This document shows positions 27,688-32,000 of a stretch of 32,000 nt of DNA, one piece after another. Positions within the stretch are counted from its first letter, which is position 1, and every line of letters starts with the position of its first letter. Source of the stretch: Crocosphaera subtropica ATCC 51142 (GTDB lineage Bacteria; Cyanobacteriota; Cyanobacteriia; Cyanobacteriales; Microcystaceae); the NCBI RefSeq assembly GCF_000017845.1, contig NC_010546.1, positions 4,680,001 through 4,712,000 of the forward strand, written 5' to 3'. Below the pieces are notes generated by a model. That model made no database searches and was not told the DNA's origin. It was given only the letters and a program-made list of their open reading frames with translations. The position numbers and the translations under genes are program-made.

Positions 27688-29470
27688 AATTGATTGGAAG
27701 AAAGACTATAAAGGCGAATTCGTCTGTCCTGAGTGTAATACTTTAGGAATGGTACATAGAGGTTTTCATAAACTTAACAATAAGAGACAATTTTTTTGTC
27801 GTAGTTGTAGAAAACTTCTTTCAGAATCTTTTTCTATAAACATTAAAGCGGTAGAAGATCCAGTTAATCTTGGAGTTGTTTGGTATACAAACCATAGATA
27901 CAAAGATTTTAGCTGTCAAAAATGTGAAGATAACAATATTTTCTTCACCGGAATTCAGAGCAGCAAAAAGCGTTTTCAATGTAAAAGCTGTAAAAAGTAT
28001 CACTTCGATTTCTGTACATTAAATGTCAATGTAATAAGTCGCTTTAGAGGAAGCTTGTTACCCTCTACTATTTTTAACTTTAGTGATGATAACTGGGATT
28101 TAAGAGCAATAAACCCTAACTTTGACCAACGAGACATAGCCCATTCCACTGCTAACTTTAGCTCAATTAAACCAGACTGGTTTAAACAAGAAGCCAAAAA
28201 ACATATTTATCATTTATGTAAAGCTGGTCAATCTAACACCTTTGGGACAATTAAACATCATTTATCAGCCTTAAGAATTTTCTCTCGTTATCTCAGTCAA
28301 ACTAATATAACTGGTTTTGACCAAATTAATCGCAGTATAATCTTAGATTACTTAGCTAAAGAACAGAAAGTAACTAAAGATAAACTCGGAGGATTACGCA
28401 GTTTTTTTACCGCAGGAACAATTCGAGGTTGGTTTACCATTGACCAGGATATTATTCGAGATGAAGACTATCCTAAACGGCGTAGAGGCAACCCAGATCC
28501 CTTATCTGATGTGGTTCGAGAACAAATTGAACAGAACCTACATATGTTACCAGATCCCATTGTCAGAATGTGGTTGGTTTGTTTCTTTGCAGCCATGCGT
28601 CCCTCAGAATTAGCCTTACTAAAAAAAGACTGTTTAGTTCAAGAAGGACAACATTGGAAATTAGTCTGGCAAAGAAAAAAGACAAAGGATTATCACGAAA
28701 TTCCTATTAGTAGAACCATTGCTAAAGTGGTTCAAGAACAACAAGAATACATTAATAATTTGTGGGGTGATGAATGGGACTATCTGTTTTGTCATTATCA
28801 TGGCTTGTCTGAAGTCCATCTATCACAACCTAAGTTAAAACCTATCAGAAAAGTTATTCCTCAATCGAGAAATCCGCTAGTAACTGTTATCAACTGTCTA
28901 ATTAAATCTGAAAACATCTTAGATGAAAATGGTCAATTAGCTGAATTCACACCAAAGCTTTTAAGACCGACTCGTTTAACTCAACTCTTTGAACAAGGAC
29001 ATGATTTAGCGGTTGTTAGTGCATGGGCAGGACATAAACATTTCGCCACAACCAGCACTTATTATACCGAAGTAAGTTGTGACTTAATGGAACGAGAAGC
29101 AGGTCATATTCAACAAGCATTAGTTAATAGTGATGGACACCGTTTACCCTACGAATCTTTACCTAAATCCTTCTGGGAAAAGCCTCAAGCTCATAAATTA
29201 GAACTGTCTGGCACTCATATCAATACCCCCATTTATGGGTATTGTGGACTCGATTTAGACCAAGATTGTGACAAGTTTAGAGCCTGTTATACTTGTCAAT
29301 CTTTTGTCGCTGTTCCTGAAAAGCTTCCCCAATATCTCAAAGTTCGAGATGAGTTAAGAGGCAAAGAAGCCAAAGCCTTAGCCAGTGGTCAAGACGTATT
29401 AGTTGAACAATTTAGTAGACAAGCTGACCAACTGGACAAAATCATCGCTAGTTTACAGGAGGCAGCATGA
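27680..29470 (+). CDS. Tyrosine recombinase, third of trio (Tn554 TnpB-like in size), with an N-terminal double zinc ribbon and a C-terminal Cys cluster
   Basis: AMRPSELALL, LLRPTRLTQL and WAGHKHFATTSTYYTEV supply R, xxR, H and Y. N-terminus: CPECN-x19-CRSCRK and CQKCED-x18-CKSCKK. I chose ATG 27680, which has a GGAG RBS and overlaps the previous stop by 8 nt (ATGATTGA). Confidence 0.8.
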   Translation: MIEIDWKKDYKGEFVCPECNTLGMVHRGFHKLNNKRQFFCRSCRKLLSESFSINIKAVEDPVNLGVVWYTNHRYKDFSCQKCEDNNIFFTGIQSSKKRFQCKSCKKYHFDFCTLNVNVISRFRGSLLPSTIFNFSDDNWDLRAINPNFDQRDIAHSTANFSSIKPDWFKQEAKKHIYHLCKAGQSNTFGTIKHHLSALRIFSRYLSQTNITGFDQINRSIILDYLAKEQKVTKDKLGGLRSFFTAGTIRGWFTIDQDIIRDEDYPKRRRGNPDPLSDVVREQIEQNLHMLPDPIVRMWLVCFFAAMRPSELALLKKDCLVQEGQHWKLVWQRKKTKDYHEIPISRTIAKVVQEQQEYINNLWGDEWDYLFCHYHGLSEVHLSQPKLKPIRKVIPQSRNPLVTVINCLIKSENILDENGQLAEFTPKLLRPTRLTQLFEQGHDLAVVSAWAGHKHFATTSTYYTEVSCDLMEREAGHIQQALVNSDGHRLPYESLPKSFWEKPQAHKLELSGTHINTPIYGYCGLDLDQDCDKFRACYTCQSFVAVPEKLPQYLKVRDELRGKEAKALASGQDVLVEQFSRQADQLDKIIASLQEAA

Positions 29471-30288
29471 GTAAAAAAACCAAAGAGGAAAGAATTAAGA
29501 CCCTCAAAGCCACACAAGAAGCCCGAAAGCAAGAAACCTTAGATAAGGTCAATAAAGCCATAGAAAGGTTACTGAAAACAGGGGCAAAAATCAGCTTCCA
29601 AGCTATTGCTAGAGAAGCCAATGTTAGTGTTCCTTATCTATATAAATATCCTGAACTAAAAGAACGCATCCAACAGCTACGTTCACAGCAAAGGAAGATG
29701 CCAAGTCATCAGGTTAACCAACCTCCTATAAATGCGAAAACTCATTCTCAAATGGTAGGTCGTTTGAAGAAACGGATTCAACAATTAGAAGAAGAAAATA
29801 AGGAACTGAAACGGAAAAATGAAGCCTTAGCAGGACAAGTTTATCGGGTTCATACCTTACAAGAACAAGTTGAGAGGCAAAAAGACTTAATCATGACCCT
29901 TGAATCTCGACTTAAAGAACCACCCAAAGCTGAAGTAATACCTATTACCAGTAAAGCAAAGCCTCAAGTTAATGAGCAGATTAAAACTCAATTAGATGAG
30001 TTAGGAATCCCTCTTAATACTACCCTAACTAAAACTATTAAAGGAGCTTCTGAAGATACTGTCTTAGCTGCTATAGAAGCGGTTAAGTATCAATTAGAAA
30101 CGAGAGAAGTTGATAACCCTGGCGGACTATTAAATAAGGCTATCCAAGAAGGATGGACTAAACCTGAACCTAATTCTGTTCCCTCTCCTCCCAAACCTAA
30201 AATCTACCATCCTACTGATGATGAAGAGAAGAAAAAGCTCTCATCAAAAGACTTAGCTAAACTCAGTAACTTATTCAAGGATAAATAA
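29467..30288 (+). CDS. HTH plus coiled-coil protein (N-terminal part TnpC/DUF6262-like by recollection) with an extra C-terminal domain
   Basis: The ATGA overlap with the third recombinase indicates coupling. ISFQAIAREANVSVPYLYKY is HTH-like. RLKKRIQQLEEENKELKRKNEALAGQ is heptad-like. The C-terminal motif is VDNPGGLLNKAIQEGWTKPE. Confidence 0.6.
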   Translation: MSKKTKEERIKTLKATQEARKQETLDKVNKAIERLLKTGAKISFQAIAREANVSVPYLYKYPELKERIQQLRSQQRKMPSHQVNQPPINAKTHSQMVGRLKKRIQQLEEENKELKRKNEALAGQVYRVHTLQEQVERQKDLIMTLESRLKEPPKAEVIPITSKAKPQVNEQIKTQLDELGIPLNTTLTKTIKGASEDTVLAAIEAVKYQLETREVDNPGGLLNKAIQEGWTKPEPNSVPSPPKPKIYHPTDDEEKKKLSSKDLAKLSNLFKDK

Positions 30289-30290
30289 CT

Positions 30291-31595
30291 ATGACTAATA
30301 ATATTACCCCTCAGAACATTGAAGCAGAAGAAAGCATTTTAGGAGGTATTCTCTTAGATCCTAATGCTATTAGTAGAGTAGCAGACATCTTACCTCCTGA
30401 AGCTTTTTATGTCATGGCTCATCAACAAATTTATCAAGCAGCTTTAGACCTTTACCATAAAGACCAACCTTGTGATTTTATGACGGTCAAGACTTGGTTA
30501 AAAGACTATAAACTTTTTACTAAAGTAGGGGGAGAGAATAAGTTAACCCAATTACTTGATAGGACAGTTTCTGCGGTTAATATAGACCGTTACGCTGCTT
30601 TAGTAGTTGATAAGTATCAGCGTCGTTTATTGATTAATGCAGCTCGTGAGATTGAAGAATTGGGTTATGATACGGTCACGGAATTACCCTCTGTTTTGGA
30701 ACTCTCAGAAGAAAAGTTATTTAAAGTTACAGTTGATGAAAAAGATCCCTTTCAACCTCAACCCATTCATGACTGTCTGAGGGATGTTTTTAATGAATTA
30801 GAAGAAGGGAAAAGTCCTGCTTATTCGACTGGGTTAACTGACTTAGATAAGTTAACAGGAGGATTGACAAGAAAAGACTTAATTATTATTGCTGGTCGTG
30901 CCTCAATGGGTAAGACTTGGTTCTCTATTTATCTAGCTAATCATGTAGCTATGACTTATCAAGTTCCTGTGGTCTTCTTCTCAGCAGAGATGTCTAAAAC
31001 TCAGTTAACTAAACGGTTTCTAGCCATACACTCAGGGATAGATTCGTCAAGATTAATGCGGAATGAAATTTATCAAGATGAATATGATTCCTTAGTTAAA
31101 GGATTAGGAATACTGACTGAGTTACCCATTATTATTGATGACACTCCTGCTAATACCTTAACTCCTTCAAGAATGCGCTCTGTGTTACGCAGAATTAAAG
31201 CAGAAAAGGGAAGCATTGGGTTAGTGGTAATGGATTATATTCAAAAGTTAGGAGACAGAGCAGCAGGGAATAGAGCGCAAGCTGTAGGGAAGTTTTCAGG
31301 GGCATTTAAGGACATAGCGAAAGAGTTTGATTGTCCTTTTATTGCCTTAGCACAGATTAACCGAGGGGTAGAAGGACAAGCTAACAAACGTCCTTTTATG
31401 AGTGATATAAAAGACTCTGGGGATATTGAACAGGATATGGATCTCGGACTGCTATTATATCGGGATGAATATTATAATCCTGACACTCAAGATAAGGGGA
31501 TTATGGAGATTAATGTGGCTAAAAATAGAAATGGACAAACGGGAGTTTGTCAGGTGCAGTTTAATCCTGTAGTTGGAGTATTCTTCAATAGTTAA
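30291..31595 (+). CDS. dnaB: Replicative DNA helicase, DnaB family (element-borne copy)
   Basis: The N-terminal domain PQNIEAEESILGGILLDPNAI...HQQIYQAALDLY is present. Also Walker A GRASMGKT, Walker B VVMDYIQKL, LAQINRGVE and DIEQDMD. The ATG is 2 nt after the previous stop. Confidence 0.9.
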   Translation: MTNNITPQNIEAEESILGGILLDPNAISRVADILPPEAFYVMAHQQIYQAALDLYHKDQPCDFMTVKTWLKDYKLFTKVGGENKLTQLLDRTVSAVNIDRYAALVVDKYQRRLLINAAREIEELGYDTVTELPSVLELSEEKLFKVTVDEKDPFQPQPIHDCLRDVFNELEEGKSPAYSTGLTDLDKLTGGLTRKDLIIIAGRASMGKTWFSIYLANHVAMTYQVPVVFFSAEMSKTQLTKRFLAIHSGIDSSRLMRNEIYQDEYDSLVKGLGILTELPIIIDDTPANTLTPSRMRSVLRRIKAEKGSIGLVVMDYIQKLGDRAAGNRAQAVGKFSGAFKDIAKEFDCPFIALAQINRGVEGQANKRPFMSDIKDSGDIEQDMDLGLLLYRDEYYNPDTQDKGIMEINVAKNRNGQTGVCQVQFNPVVGVFFNS

Positions 31596-31654
31596 GTTCA
31601 GTCAATATCTCACTATCTCTTTTGAATATTCTCTATTTTTTGTCTATTTTCTAT

Positions 31655-32000
31655 TTATAAATTGAGAAATGACCATAACTTTTGAAGATTAAAATCATTC
31701 CAATTTAAAGTCACAGAACTCTCTATCATTAAATCCCCTTGTCTCAGTGTAGTTATCAATGCTGAATCATGTTCTAAACTCGAAAAAAGAGCTTCTATAA
31801 CCTGTAATTGATTTCGAGGAAAGGTATAGTAAACTTTATCCTCTTCGACTCTAACCCCTTCTGGTAACTTATCATTTGGGATTTTACCACCTAAAAAAGT
31901 TTTCCACCCTGCGATTAGATAACGGTAAATAATCGAGTCAGTTTGAAATTCAGGGGAGGTTAATAAACGAAGTTGTCCTTCAATAGAATCTTCATGAAGA
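31655..32000 (-). CDS. Hypothetical protein, C-terminal 114 codons; the 5' end lies beyond the window. Not in the supplied ORF track because no start codon is inside the window.
   Basis: My own translation of the minus strand from nt 31999 is open throughout: LHEDSIEGQLRLLTSPEFQTDSIIYRYLIAGWKTFLGGKIPNDKLPEGVRVEEDKVYYTFPRNQLQVIEALFSSLEHDSALITTLRQGDLMIESSVTLNWNDFNLQKLWSFLNL. The TAA stop is at 31655-31657. I recognise no motif. Confidence 0.45.
   Translation of the reverse strand, partial: LHEDSIEGQLRLLTSPEFQTDSIIYRYLIAGWKTFLGGKIPNDKLPEGVRVEEDKVYYTFPRNQLQVIEALFSSLEHDSALITTLRQGDLMIESSVTLNWNDFNLQKLWSFLNL

Larger units (their letters stand above)
25048..32000 (+). mobile_element. Integrated element carrying a tyrosine-recombinase trio plus HTH protein plus DnaB helicase. 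The left junction is inside nfi and the right end is not in the window.
   Basis: The nfi reading frame breaks abruptly at about 25047/25048. Five tightly coupled genes typical of mobile DNA follow. No HIP1 sites are seen from 25 to 32 kb. No nfi 3' part is found downstream within the window. Confidence 0.65.

Noticed and set aside
1-32000. CRISPR arrays, rRNA, tRNA or tmRNA genes
   Set aside because: No regularly spaced direct repeats and no tRNA-like cloverleaf candidates were seen in any intergenic region. All spacers are short, AT-rich and promoter-like.

Overview
AT-rich cyanobacterial chromosome segment. The cyanobacterial call rests on HIP1 octamers (GCGATCGC) and the gene content; a Crocosphaera/Cyanothece-like unicellular lineage is only inference. 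All family assignments come from motifs read in the supplied translations, since no searches could be run. The window has three blocks. (1) nt 1-11.4 kb is core genome: the 3' part of an FtsW-like SEDS gene, a GyrA-family topoisomerase subunit, a PatA-type regulator/CheY/CheW module, ileS, recO, a DUF4114-like PEP-CTERM protein and a small DUF751/Ycf33-like membrane protein. (2) nt 11.7-24.6 kb holds eleven same-strand genes that look like an accessory polysaccharide locus: a Wzt-type ABC ATPase with a C-terminal binding domain, three sulfotransferases from at least two motif families, a CRTAC1/ASPIC-like FG-GAP propeller, a long nitroreductase-family protein, a polysaccharide pyruvyl transferase, two GT4 glycosyltransferases and two unknowns. 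This predicts a multiply sulfated, pyruvylated exopolysaccharide exported by the ABC route. (3) From about nt 25048 an integrated element interrupts the endonuclease V gene (nfi) after about 45 codons. It carries a translationally coupled five-gene operon: three tandem tyrosine recombinases, an HTH/coiled-coil protein and a DnaB-type helicase. Its right end lies beyond the window. HIP1 is common in block 1 and nearly absent from blocks 2 and 3, which fits foreign or accessory origin. I saw no rRNA, tRNA or CRISPR array.
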